Below are positions 26,527-40,234 of a stretch of 64,000 nt of DNA, piece after piece (position 1 is the stretch's first letter; each line of letters opens with the position of its first letter). This DNA is from Amoeboaphelidium protococcarum X5. Taxonomy: Eukaryota > Fungi > Aphelidiomycota. Where the stretch lies: the NCBI GenBank assembly GCA_023515725.1, contig JALDTO010000158.1:372001-436000 (forward strand), written 5' to 3'. The notes beneath the pieces are model-generated. The model did no database searches, was not told where the DNA came from, and saw only the letters and a program-made list of their open reading frames with translations. Both the position numbers and the translations under genes were made by a program.

Positions 26527-29319
26527 TCAAGCTTAATCATCATCATTTTCAGATATTCTTCTGGATGGCGCGAAACTCTTGCCAGAAACTTATCCTGTCG
26601 TGATCACACTTGGCCTTCTGCTACCATTACTTGCACCACCCTGGCTCTTTGATTACGCTGCCTATTGCGAGTGCTGAGATTAAGCAGAGTAGCGATTGCT
26701 CTTCTCGATTTGCGCGTCCTTTGACACTCTTCGATCATTATCATTCATCGTGGTGGACTGCTTGACGCGAGACTGTTTAGCATGACGCCTTTGTTCACGT
26801 TCAATCTTCTCCAATCTCGCCAGCTCTTCCTCTTACAATCTAGCCTACTGGATAATATCAATCCTCTTGTCTGCCTTGATTTTACGCATACACTGAGCGA
26901 ATAGCACCATAAACACAATGACAACTATAGCTAACAATACAATAGCCACGTTCTGATTAGCAAAGTACCATTACAAGATTCTACCAATGAAATCAGGATT
27001 GCTGCACACACCATCTTGACACACGCCGTTATCACCACAAGGGGTACCTTCGCGGAAGGAGTTGGCAATCTTGATGCAAGAGCTGATCACATCATCACAG
27101 TACATAACGCATTAGCCTGAGAATTTTTAACACTCACCAGTGATAGATGATCCGCCAAAAAGCACGCACTAAGATTTTCTGTTGGAGCAGATACCCGTTG
27201 TACATCCCAATGAACCAAAATCGTATGACTGTTACTGAGAAAGACTAAATCCGGTTGCATTAGAGCATGTGGTTCCATCTGGAATATAGGTATCCGATGG
27301 GCATGACGCTCCTCCACTACAATACTCTGTGATATCACATTCACCAGTGGATTCACGGCAGATTTTATTCTCACTCTATGGAATGATGGTGCAATTTCTG
27401 CAACAATCATCATTCATCTCATCACACTGAGCAGTTGCCTTGAGGGTACAATTCTAGAAACAGCAAGCAGTGTCTTTACCAGCTCCATCACACTACTCAC
27501 CAGCCTCCTTGATGCCATTACCGCAGACATTACCATTGAGCACAGTTCTACTTCCGGGCTATTACAAGCACGTACCTAGTACCAGCATTTTACTACATAC
27601 CTACTGCTACGTTCCAAGTGAGAACTTGTTGATAGGCGTAGTGAAGGAACTCGATGCGGCCATGATAAACTTGTTATCACAACTACAAGTCGATGAGGTA
27701 CAAGGATAGCAATTACCACTGCTAGCACAAGAAGAGACAGAATTACATTGAGAACAGGCAGTATTGTCGCAGTCATGAATAGCTCCAAAGTTGTGTCCAA
27801 TTTCATGGGCAACCACCATCCAATCGATAGCTGTGGGAGTGGAGACTGCTGTACCTGACACGTACTATGTATTACCAGATGAATCGGATTGAGAGAATTA
27901 TGATGTCTAGCACATCCTGTTTAACCATGCCAGACCAACTGTGGGATTCGTGCTGCCATTACTCATCAAGTGCCACAATCCAGCAGTAGGATCAGAAAGG
28001 TCACCTCTCCACTTTGAGAAATCACTTAACCGCTTACTGATTGTATATGGTGCACTGAAAGCCTGATTAAAATCCAGATTGTCACCACCGCAAGTAGGGA
28101 ATGTCGTAATATTAACCAGCCCAATGTAAATATTGAATGTCTCCTCATATATAGCAGACACTGTATTAAAACTGCTCAAAATTTGATCCTTTGCATCCTA
28201 CTCACTACCACCCAATCTTTAGATGTAAGAGCAGTCAGCCGCAACTCCCATATACAAAATCTTTTTAGTAGTTGGACATCCAGACACTACAGAGCGCTTA
28301 TGGATGGATTTTGATTACTGACGCAAATTCTTAAAGCCATTTTTAAGTAACTCCTCCACAGGACTATTGATGAGCGACGCTGGAACTCTCTGCTTCAAAC
28401 TTTCATAATATCTCTGTGCATCACCATTCATATTCACATCCAAATGATCATGACCACACCAGGAATGAGAGCCATGTGCAATATCCTACTTAATATCAGA
28501 CAACTTGTAGATAACCATCTCGGCATTTCTGTGCATAACGTGTCTCTTGTGTAGCTTAGGAACTTCTTTATCGCGCACATGTTTAATATTCTCGTACGTT
28601 TTAACACTTTTCACCGTGTAGATCTCACCATTGTACTTGAAGGCGCCCTCAATTTGATGTTGCATTGTAATTTTCTCTTCCCCAGGTCCGTCTTCTTCGA
28701 GATTATCAAGATTGGAGTCTAGATGAGAAGCAACAGATGACTTGAGCTGACTCTAGCTGTGACTTGCAAATAGCTTGTCTTTGACTACAAATCTGGCCCA
28801 ATTTCTGTTTTAATTCTCTTCAATCAAATCAGGGCTGATTGACTGCCAGGAACAGTCGTACGATTGCTAGGCATCTGCAACATCACGTGCTGAATGTCTT
28901 GCCGCATCTACCACATGGCCTTTGTATACTTTAGCATCTGTCAAATCATTTTCCACTACTTGACTACGCGATTTTGCTGACAATCCCTTCTGATGGCTTC
29001 TCCATTTCACCTGAGGATGTAATAAATTCTCGTTCGGCTACATCAGGAAGCAGAATGTGGTGTTGTATGCATCCATCTCCAGCAGAAACTGATCGGAGCT
29101 TTGAGGTGTGTAACTTCTCTTCACAAGGCGTTGACGTAAGGATTCTGGATGGAGCATAATATTACTGTAAGACACAAACTCATAATTTTGCAAATTTCCC
29201 ATAGGATTAGTTTCAAAGTGCTGATATGTCTGCTGATTAGATTTCGTCTCATGGCCTGAAACAGGCGATTACAAGATCAGCTAAACTAACGCTGCAACAA
29301 TTAAAGTGCTTTTGAACAT
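26527..29319 (-). CDS. ADAM-type metalloprotease (pro-domain, M12B reprolysin, disintegrin, TM), 930 aa
   Basis: Signal peptide; Cys-switch-like WCGHDH; [12 protein letters not shown]; [13 protein letters not shown] disintegrin; [20 protein letters not shown]. Confidence 0.92.
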
Positions 29320-29612
29320 AATCTTTATTGAAGCTAGTATTGAAATTGCAGGTGTGTCGTTGATATTGTTTAAATTATAAAATCTAAAGCAGAGGAGGTT
29401 AGATGCTGGTGTGTTGCTGGTTGCCTGGCTCCCACCTACTGTTGCTTATGTTGTCATCATGGCAACCAATCAGTTTCGCCCAAGTTTTTTTTGTTGTCGT
29501 CAACATCCTAATATGTCCAATGCATAACGAGCCTTGTCTTTTCTGTTCATTGAATGTAAGTAAATCAATTTTCAAGAGTTGAGAATATAAACTTTATTAA
29601 TACTGCAATTAC

Positions 29613-30986
29613 TCAAAGCGCATCCTGAGGCTCAATGGTAACACCGCGAGTAATTTTACCCCATCCAATCAGTCTCCAATGTCTGTCAATTCTTCTGCTC
29701 AGAGCCACCTTCTCACCAATCTCTGTGCAACAAGGTACGGTCAGATAAATCTTGGCCATATCAGCCTTAACATTCAACACTTTACAGCCGGCAGTGGTGG
29801 ATCCAATATTCACCATCAGAGTCTCATTCTTGGCCAATTTCGTAACTTTGGTGAGTTATTTGTTCTCAGTCGTTGATCTGACACCAAGCAGCTGACGAAG
29901 CAGAAAGTACGTAATTTCCAGCTCAGTGTAAATTTCAGGCAGAGTTCCACGAGCACCCAGCACCTGTCCAACTAGACGATCAGATCTGCACACTGTCGGA
30001 TCAATCTGTGTACCTACACCGATAAGTCCGCCGGGAACTGCAAACTGCAAATGATTCTACTCAGTATGGAGAGAGACAATACGCGACAATATTGGTCGGA
30101 CACGGAACTTGCCCTCAGAATCTTTGGATACAATACCAGGCCTCACTTCAATCTCATCGCCCAACTTGAGACATCCCTATAAAATAGATCCACCAGCGAC
30201 ACCACCTTTCAGATCTTAATACTCAGTTCCGGGCTTATTAACGTCAAAGGATCTAATGACAATCAACCGCGCAGGAGCGGTAAAATCCCTAACAGGCACA
30301 GGCACCTTTTTGCAGATATATTCATTCACAGCGTCAATGTTGTACTTCATCTAGGCAGATATTGGCACAATAGGAGCCTTCTGAGCAACAGTACCATTAA
30401 TGAATTTGAGTATAGACTTGTACTACTCGGCAGCTTACTACTCACTGATAAGATCAATCTTATTCTGCAATATAATAACGTGATTAAGCTTCATAATCTC
30501 AATGGCAGCCAAGTGCTCACTAGTCTAAGGCTAAGGACATGATTCATTGCCAGCGATTAGAAGCATCGCAGCATCCATAACTGCAGCACCGTTCAACATG
30601 GTCGCCATAAGAATATCGTGACCGGGACAGTCGACAAAAGATACGTGTCGCTTCAGGTGCATGGTGCCACCACAGTTTGGCTCTTCACACTTGAACTGAA
30701 CCTCCTTATCACTTCTGAATGATTTATACTTGAGAGGGCGAGGACATTGATCACATTCATAGATTTTCGCATTAGCATATCCCAGCTTAATGGTAATATT
30801 ACGCTCCAACTCTGTCTTGTGTCTGACAGTCTACACTCCACTGATTGCTTTGACAACTGTGGATTTACCATGAGCTACATGACCAATAGTACCAATGTTG
30901 ATAGTTGCCTAATTGCTAATAACCTCTGGAGAAAGCGGAGTCAGTTTAGAAACATCTATATTCACTTATACGCCTTCAGATGCCAT
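29613..30986 (-). CDS. GCD11: Translation initiation factor eIF2 gamma
   Basis: [51 protein letters not shown](TAG)PQ(TAG)[14 protein letters not shown]. Confidence 0.97.
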
Positions 30987-31377
30987 ATTGCTATTTCACT
31001 TCCTCTATAAAATATTTACTATTATTATTCAAATGATACCAATAAAAATTAAATTTAGCGTGGTTCTTTGTAGATAAATTAAGGCGACTTTTCTATTACA
31101 GTCAGAGAACAACGAACTCGCTAAGGTTGTTTCTCGCTCGATCAATTCTCGCGTTCTGATTCGGGTGACGATTGATGATGCTTTGGCGAGTGGGACATTA
31201 GCATTATGAAAAGGTGAATTCCAGAACTGGAGTTGAGATACGGTATGTTTCATCATATTATATAACCTTATATGTATAGTGTAATCCTGATGAGCGTATT
31301 GCCTAAGCGTAATAGTAAATATAATCGCGTTCATAAAATGTCATTTTATTACTACAGTACCAACAACAGATGAGGCA

Positions 31378-32412
31378 TCATGCATTTAACTTATTGTTTG
31401 AATTTATTAACTTATTATCAACGACCTGGTTATTTTAAGAGCCAGTCAATTTACGACGCTTCTTTGGACTATACTTGTATCCTGGAAAGAGTTTTCGGTG
31501 CTCTTCATCAGCCAGTCTGGCCATCTCATGGTACTTCATCTTCACCTCTTCACTTTCAGCTTTCCATCTCGCACCTAAAACTTTACTTATTTCTGGTACT
31601 GTGAACTGCTTACCACTGTGATCTTGACAGTTCTCCTGCATCTCCTTCTTAATCAAGTGATGATGATCTTTACGGTAGAGCATGAAAGCATTTGGCGGGC
31701 GTGGGATTTTGTTTTCAACCTCCTACTCTTACTAATGTTGATTATCATCATTATCATTATCACTTTCTAATGAAGATCGCTTTAATTGCGACTTTAGCAT
31801 CACTGAATCTTTACCAGTTTATGATTATAGCTTTGAACGTTGTTGCGGTGTAGGAGGAGCATTTGATAGATGATTTTGTTGAGACAGACGCAGTAGTTGG
31901 AACACACAGTCTTCAGTCTCCAAACGTTCTTACAACTCTGATTAACGCTTAGCTTGTTTGGTCATAGTGCAAGTCATACCAGGATAGGAGTTTTATCTTT
32001 ATAACTATTAGACATTAGCCTGATTGTGTGGGTAGTGAGGATGAAATGTAGGATACGCAGGCATGCCGGTTGGATGTAACGGATAAGGCATCGGTGCAGA
32101 GGAATAGTACGGAGTATGCATTCTAGCAGGAGAGTGCACGGGTGTGGAGCAGTTGTACAGCTGAGGATACGGGTACTGAGCGGCATGAAGTTAATGATGA
32201 TGATGGCGATATGGTGCATGTTGAGACAATAAATCATCAACTCTGCGAGTAAGTGAGGGATCTTGATCAGGGATATTCAGGCATTAAGCAGCTGCAGATG
32301 TAACAGAAGAAGATTGCGATGTCCTTTGAGAATTACCAGAACTTAACTTAGGGGAGCTAGTAGAGACAGCGGCGGCATTGTCCATACTTGATAATTATTT
32401 TTGCGTTTACAT
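31378..32412 (-). CDS. Sequence-specific HMG-box transcription factor (SOX/MATA_HMG class)
   Basis: KIPRPPNAFMLYRKDHH...EISKVLGARWKAESEEVKMKYHEMA...HRKLFPGYKYSPKK; Pro/Tyr/His-rich N-terminal region. Start 32412 or 32385. Confidence 0.88.
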
Positions 32413-32530
32413 TGTATTATTGCTGTAACAAAGAGGAGAGAAGTAGTGGTGGGCGGCGCCTCATTGTACTCTAGCAATCCATCTATATTCATGGTCACCC
32501 TTTCTGGCTCTAATTGTGGCGAGTGGCAGA

Positions 32531-32556
32531 TCTGAAACGGGAAATTGGCGACGCGT
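32531..32556. promoter_or_regulatory. Candidate promoter element TCTGAAACGGGAAATT plus MCB-like ACGCGT upstream of the HMG-box gene
   Basis: Exact 16-bp match to 36616-36631; followed by GGCGACGCGT. Confidence 0.4.
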
Positions 32557-32785
32557 TTTCGGCTTTGGGGCGTCCATTTTGGTCGTCATTACTTGGTCAA
32601 TCTGAAACAACACTCAAATGAGGAAAGAGTGCCGTGACAAGGCGCGTTACTAAAGAGATAAAATGCACTATCAAGTACAGAAAATCAAGTACAGAAAACC
32701 AAGATACAATAAACTCATATCATTGATCACAATACAGCATATCAAACAACACAACAACGACGTGCAAAAGCTTTCAAACGAACAT

Positions 32786-35700
32786 TCATTATCCATTTTG
32801 TGGCATGTAACGATCCAGAACCTGTTGCCCACCCTGCCAACGTCTCTCCGGGTCCTCCATGCGTATAACCTTGATATCAGGACCTGTTACTACATTACTG
32901 CCCATGGATTGAGGAGTAATGAGAATGTACTGAGTGCGCAGAGAATCCCTGGCAGTGCCAATCAGCAAATCCATAGACAATTTTCTATTCACAGTATCCA
33001 TGAAAACGTCAAATTCATCCAAAGCGCGGATGGTGCACCCCATAGCTTCCCATAGAGCAAGCAGAAGACAGACGGTGGCGAAACTCTTCTCACCTCCACT
33101 CAGTGACTTTGGATCCTTCTTACGACGCGCAGCCTTACGGTTTTCTTCAACTTGAGTGGCCGTGGTTTCCTACTGATCGCCTTTACCACCTGTTTCAACA
33201 TGAACGATTAAGCGCTTCTTCTCATGATCAAACTTGAGGTATCCGACATATTGACGATGTCTCAGCAACCAGCAAAACGCCTATCCAGCTCTGACGGCAA
33301 TATTCTCTTTAAACTTCTTCAAAGATGCCATACGAGTGATGTAAGCATGACGCAACTTCTGAATCAACTAGTTATTCAACTCAATTTCCTACTCCACATT
33401 CTCAAGAGCGGACTATTTGATCCGAAAATTTTCTACAGCTTCATCCAATGATCCCTAATCAGCCTCCTTCTTCTCCAACTACTTTTGCAACGATTCAATA
33501 TGGCGACGATATCTCTCCGATGTAGAATGCTCCAAGTCAATACGCTCAATCAAATCGCAAAACTCACGAGCCATGGTGACGGCCGTATCGTAATTGTCCT
33601 ATCCCTTTTGTAATTCCTCTCTAGCTTCCTGCAATTCAGCGTTGTACTTCTACAGTTGCGCTGTGTAGTGAGCCTAGTTGAACTTCAAACGACCCAGAGC
33701 GCGAGCTTCTTCCTCCAGAATTTCCTTCTCACTCTAGAACTTGGTGTGCAACTCTTACAGCTCCACATCCAACTGACTAATCTACTAGTCCACTTACTCG
33801 CCTTTCTTCCTATTATCCTCTCTCGCAATCAACAAATGTGGAAACTAAGACTTTAAAGTGTCAATCTGCTCCTCAATACCCTTCAAGTCTTTCTCGAGAT
33901 TCAAAACAGCGTCATTCAAAGCAGCCAAGTTGAACTCTTCCAAATCTTCATTCATCTGAGCGAGTGTATCAACCAATCTCTACCTTTGAGCACGAGCATT
34001 GTTGACATTATATTCCAATTAGCGACGACGAGCATCAATTTCATTGATCTACTGCCTGAATTCAGACAAGTTTTTGTGATACACATTAATCGTATCATCA
34101 ACATAGGCAAGACGCTATTGATATCTCTCCAACATAGCAGCGTTCTACCTACCAGTACACAACATGCCAAAGCCACTGTCGAGCGACTACGACTTTCCTC
34201 CCATGTTCATATTCACAGAGCCACCACCGCGATGTCCAATCTTATTCGCTGCAGCATCATAACAATTACTAACGTTCTTCGGCCACTAGCGAGACATCAA
34301 GGCTTCTCCCACTTTTCGCTCTTTGACCAATATAACCTGCTCAATTCCAAAGATATTGACCAACAACTACAAAACCAGCGGATTATCAATCTACATAACA
34401 TCCAAGATGGTGGAATATCTTCCATCTCTAGCAGGCATACCAATAGAACAGTCAAATTAGGGATCATATTAGGCCACATAAACGTCATGAGGAAATCTGA
34501 TGTTACCAAACATGTCCTTGATACCGTACTTGTACTGCGTGAAGACCTTCTTCAGCAACTTGGAATCCTCCGGAGACCCTACAATAAACGCAAATGGAGC
34601 GTTTACACCAACATGGGCATTTATAGGGGCCACGAAAGTATTATCAGTCAATTAGATATGAGCTCCAATTGGACCAACAGGCATGGAACGAAATCTGCCT
34701 TATTGAGACAGCTTCTAGATTTCCTGAAGCATAGGCAATAGCTCCGGTCCATAGACGGCAAGAGGATTGCCAAGGTTAAGTTCCATATTACGAATTTGGT
34801 ATTGAAGCTAATGCTTGTCATTTTCAATTATTTTGAGCTAATTCGTGGCATTACGAATTTTATCGTCCAGCTGCTCTTGATAATTTCCGGAATTCAGGTC
34901 AGTCAACTCAGTCTACAACTAGTCAATTTCATTGTCTTTCTCTTGCAACTGCTGCTATACAGACTAAATGTCAGCCTCCTTCTTAGCACGTTATTCCGCA
35001 ATCTGTTCAGGTGAAGTACGCAGACGCTCTTCAGCAATCTACTTATCAAACTAAGCCTTGTGCGTCTTCAATCTCTACAGCTCAGAGTTCATCTCTAGCT
35101 CTTGATTCACCAGATTCTTACTCTCATTAGTCACCTGTGCCTTGTACTGCTTGAGCTCATTCTTCTTCTCCAACAGAGGATCACTAGCCTGTTTATACAC
35201 TTCTGCTGCATTGTTCAGTTCTCTCACGCGCTCAGTCAACTCGTTAATCTGCTTTTCATGCGTCATCACTTCCAACTAAGCATCAGGGATCTTGGCCTCT
35301 CGCAAGTCAACCTTCTCTTGCAGTTGCCTCACCTTGTCCTCAATTTCATAGACGGTACACCAGAAAGCTTCCTTCTTGGCACGCTGGATTCTTTCATCCA
35401 AAGTCATGGCAGCCTCCAACTACTTCAAGCGCTTATGGGCCTGACTGGCATCAGTTCTCAAATCAGGTAGAAGAGCTTTCTGCACAACAACATAATCCTC
35501 GAGACCTTTAAATGACTGGCGGACTTTCTAATAATCTTCATGCAGTTGCAGCAACTGAGTTCCCTGCATAAACAGATTGTAACGATCAGCCTCGGTCGAG
35601 CTCTACAAGAAATGACGTGCAGCATCCTGATGAAGAATCAGCAGAGGATTATCAGGCTAGATTGTCATATGGTCAAGCATATTGTTCAGCTCAGATTTCA

Positions 35701-36391
35701 GCGTAGATACAACTTTGCCAGTCTGACTCAACAATTTGTACGCCGACGTACCATGACCGCGGACAAGAGTACGCACAATAGTTATGCGCTCACCAAACAA
35801 CTCGGGCTTGTACGCATCTACACCTTCATTCTTGATACGTAGTCTAATCTCAGCCTACTGCTCACCAGTCCTAATCAGATCTTTCAAATTAGATGCACGA
35901 TTAGTGACATTGGCCTTGCCACCCAGGCAAACCATGATGGAAGTCAGCACAGCACTCTTACCACTACCATTGAGGCCGACTATGAAGTTAATCCTGGGGC
36001 CGAAATTAATCTCCAGAAACTTGTGACACATGAAATTCACAATCTGCAAATTCTCAAATATTCCCACCTCTGCAGCTCCATCAACATCTTTCATTCTTCT
36101 ACGACGCTCCTCTCTCTGCTAAGTGTAAGCCTGAGTCTATTGCTACTACTAACTCAGCTCTTCAGCGGATATGTCATACTCACCATCACTTGCATCATCG
36201 TCATCATTACCACCGCCATTCTAACTTGCAACATCATCTTCCAGTGCATTCAAAGCATCATCGTAATTGTCATCTTTACTAGACACTCTAGTCTTCTTCA
36301 TAGCAGGCATATCTCGCGCGGCAGCCACCTCGTCCGACATGACCATACCTCTCTTCATTGCAGGAGTATCATCTGAAAACAAATCATCCAT
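32786..36391 (-). CDS. SMC6: Structural maintenance of chromosomes protein 6
   Basis: NFMCH..LEINFGPRINFIVGLNGSGKSA; coiled coils and hinge; LSGGEKSFATVCLLLALWEAMG...LDEFDVFMD.VNRK. Confidence 0.95.
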
Positions 36392-36615
36392 CTCGAATAC
36401 TACTTTACTTATCCACTTGTTAAAAGTATATATCTCACAAACACACAAGGCAAGACTGATAATAAGATGTATTCACAGATGCTTAATAAAGATATCGAGT
36501 AACACTCTGACAAGACAGCTCACTATAACCAGTCGGACTAAAAAGGCTTTATGGATTGAAGCGAGAAATTGAGAAATTAAAAGTTTCAAAACGAGAAACG
36601 CGAGACGCGACTGGC

Positions 36616-36631
36616 TCTGAAACGGGAAATT
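36616..36631. promoter_or_regulatory. Candidate promoter element TCTGAAACGGGAAATT upstream of SMC6, next to ACGCGA sites
   Basis: Exact repeat of 32531-32546; two ACGCGA cores immediately 5'. Confidence 0.4.
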
Positions 36632-36912
36632 TTAGTTGAAATTAGCGTGGCGCCTCTTCCGTTTCTCTCTCTCTAAGAAACTCCGTCTACAGAAGATCAT
36701 CGTTGTACCTAGACAGCACTGTAGTTCATTACTAGCTCGCGTTAATGTCCATCGCACCAGGTAACATAGGGATAGTTTTGAGATATTAAAAAGTAGTATC
36801 GCACCTCTGACGACGTGAATCAAATAAATATTAAACAATAGAGAAAATGGTCAAAACTAAAATCAAAAATAAGATTATGATGCCAGTTTTTATTTAAATC
36901 ATGACAGGACAA

Positions 36913-37419
36913 TCATCTCTTGGAAGAGGCAGAGGTCTTTGATGGCTTGGCCTTACCAGCGTTCTTTGGAACACCAGCAGCACCCTTCTGAGAGCCAGCA
37001 GAGACAGCCTTCTTCAACTCGGCTCTCTTCTTAGCCTCAGCCTTCTTCTCCTCCTTGGCCTTTTTCACAGCCTCAAGACGGATTTTAGTACGCTCCTCAG
37101 TCTTTTGATTTCTCTTTGCACGCAAGTCCTCCACATTGACACCGGCAACACCACGCACTCCCTTCAAGTTGACGCGGGTAGTTGCTCCCAATGCTTTTCT
37201 AGCACGCTTCTTTGCAGCATCCTCATTGCTGATTCCCTTCTTGTGTTGTTTACGGAATACGACAGTCCAGTGGATCTTACGAGGATTCTTGCGCTGAAGG
37301 AACAGACTCTCCACCTTGGCATCAAGGAATCTGAAAATACGAGAGTCTGAACGCACAAAGAGCTTTCCCTTGTTTGGATAAATCTTGTATCCAGAGAATG
37401 AGCAAATTTCCAACTTCAT
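36913..37419 (-). CDS. RPL24: 60S ribosomal protein eL24
   Basis: MKLEICSFSGYKIYP.KGKLFVRSD...RKNPRKIHWTVVFRKQHKKG. Confidence 0.97.
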   Translation of the reverse strand: MKLEICSFSGYKIYPNKGKLFVRSDSRIFRFLDAKVESLFLQRKNPRKIHWTVVFRKQHKKGISNEDAAKKRARKALGATTRVNLKGVRGVAGVNVEDLRAKRNQKTEERTKIRLEAVKKAKEEKKAEAKKRAELKKAVSAGSQKGAAGVPKNAGKAKPSKTSASSKR

Positions 37420-38168
37420 TCTGAATCTATAATATATTACCTGTGGATAATTTTATACAGATGCCTCAAAGAACGCGTAGACTTGGTCTGGGTGATTATT
37501 CTCAAGAAAAATCGCCTTTGATTCAGAATCGCGTCGGTTAAGGTCGAGTGACGCGTCTGCTTAAAGATCACTGGTGATCACTGCCTATTAGTATCTAATT
37601 GGGTGTATAATCTTGATAAATAAATTAATTGTTGCTACTCCATTGTGAACGTTAATGGAGAATTAAATTCAAAAGTGAAATAGAATAATCAGCCTTATAT
37701 TTAATCTATATACTGTAAGTATGATAGAATCGAAAAAGCCCTCTCTCTCTCCATTTGTAATTTGATTTAAGAACAATAAGAAACAACCTCAATTTAAACC
37801 CACATTTTAATAAAAGATATGATTTCTTAGAAATATTGAGTATCCGTAATTCAAAGCAATATGGAAATCCCAGAAATATATTATCATCAACAAACAAACA
37901 AAGTGATCACTGATCTCTAACAATAAACAGCTCAGCCGATCAGAGAGCCGATCCGAAATTGGATTTCCGTGTTGACTCGAGCGGAAAACACGAAAAATGT
38001 CCCGACGCCTTTCGTCTTCTCTTTGTGTCTTTCTTTGCCGGAATTATATATTCATTAAATCAATCGATCGATCTCAAGTACTACTATCTAGTGCCTGGTC
38101 AAGTTATATAATAATTTCTATTCCTCTCTTGAAAAAGTTATCACGTTTGTATAATTTGTATAACTTGT

Positions 38169-40025
<1,857 letters not shown>

Positions 40026-40234
40026 TCATATCTGCAGAGGAAGGCAGTATACGTGACGCGCTCTGTTCAAAGCTGCTGGAACTTGTCGTTTGTGTCGTAC
40101 AAGAAGATTTATGATTTGCACAGTTTATAATGAATCGGATATAAAATCAAACGTAACGTTTTATAACAATTTGTTAATTTTAATTCTTTTTTATTTTATG
40201 CTAATCATTTTCCGTAACGTCACAATTATTATAA

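Noticed and set aside
33986-34741. 251-aa + strand ORF (also 53734-54405 +, 19543-20181 -, 3802-4293 +)
   Set aside because: Antisense to well-supported genes (SMC6, NDUFS7, ARIH1, RRP14), with no motifs of their own.
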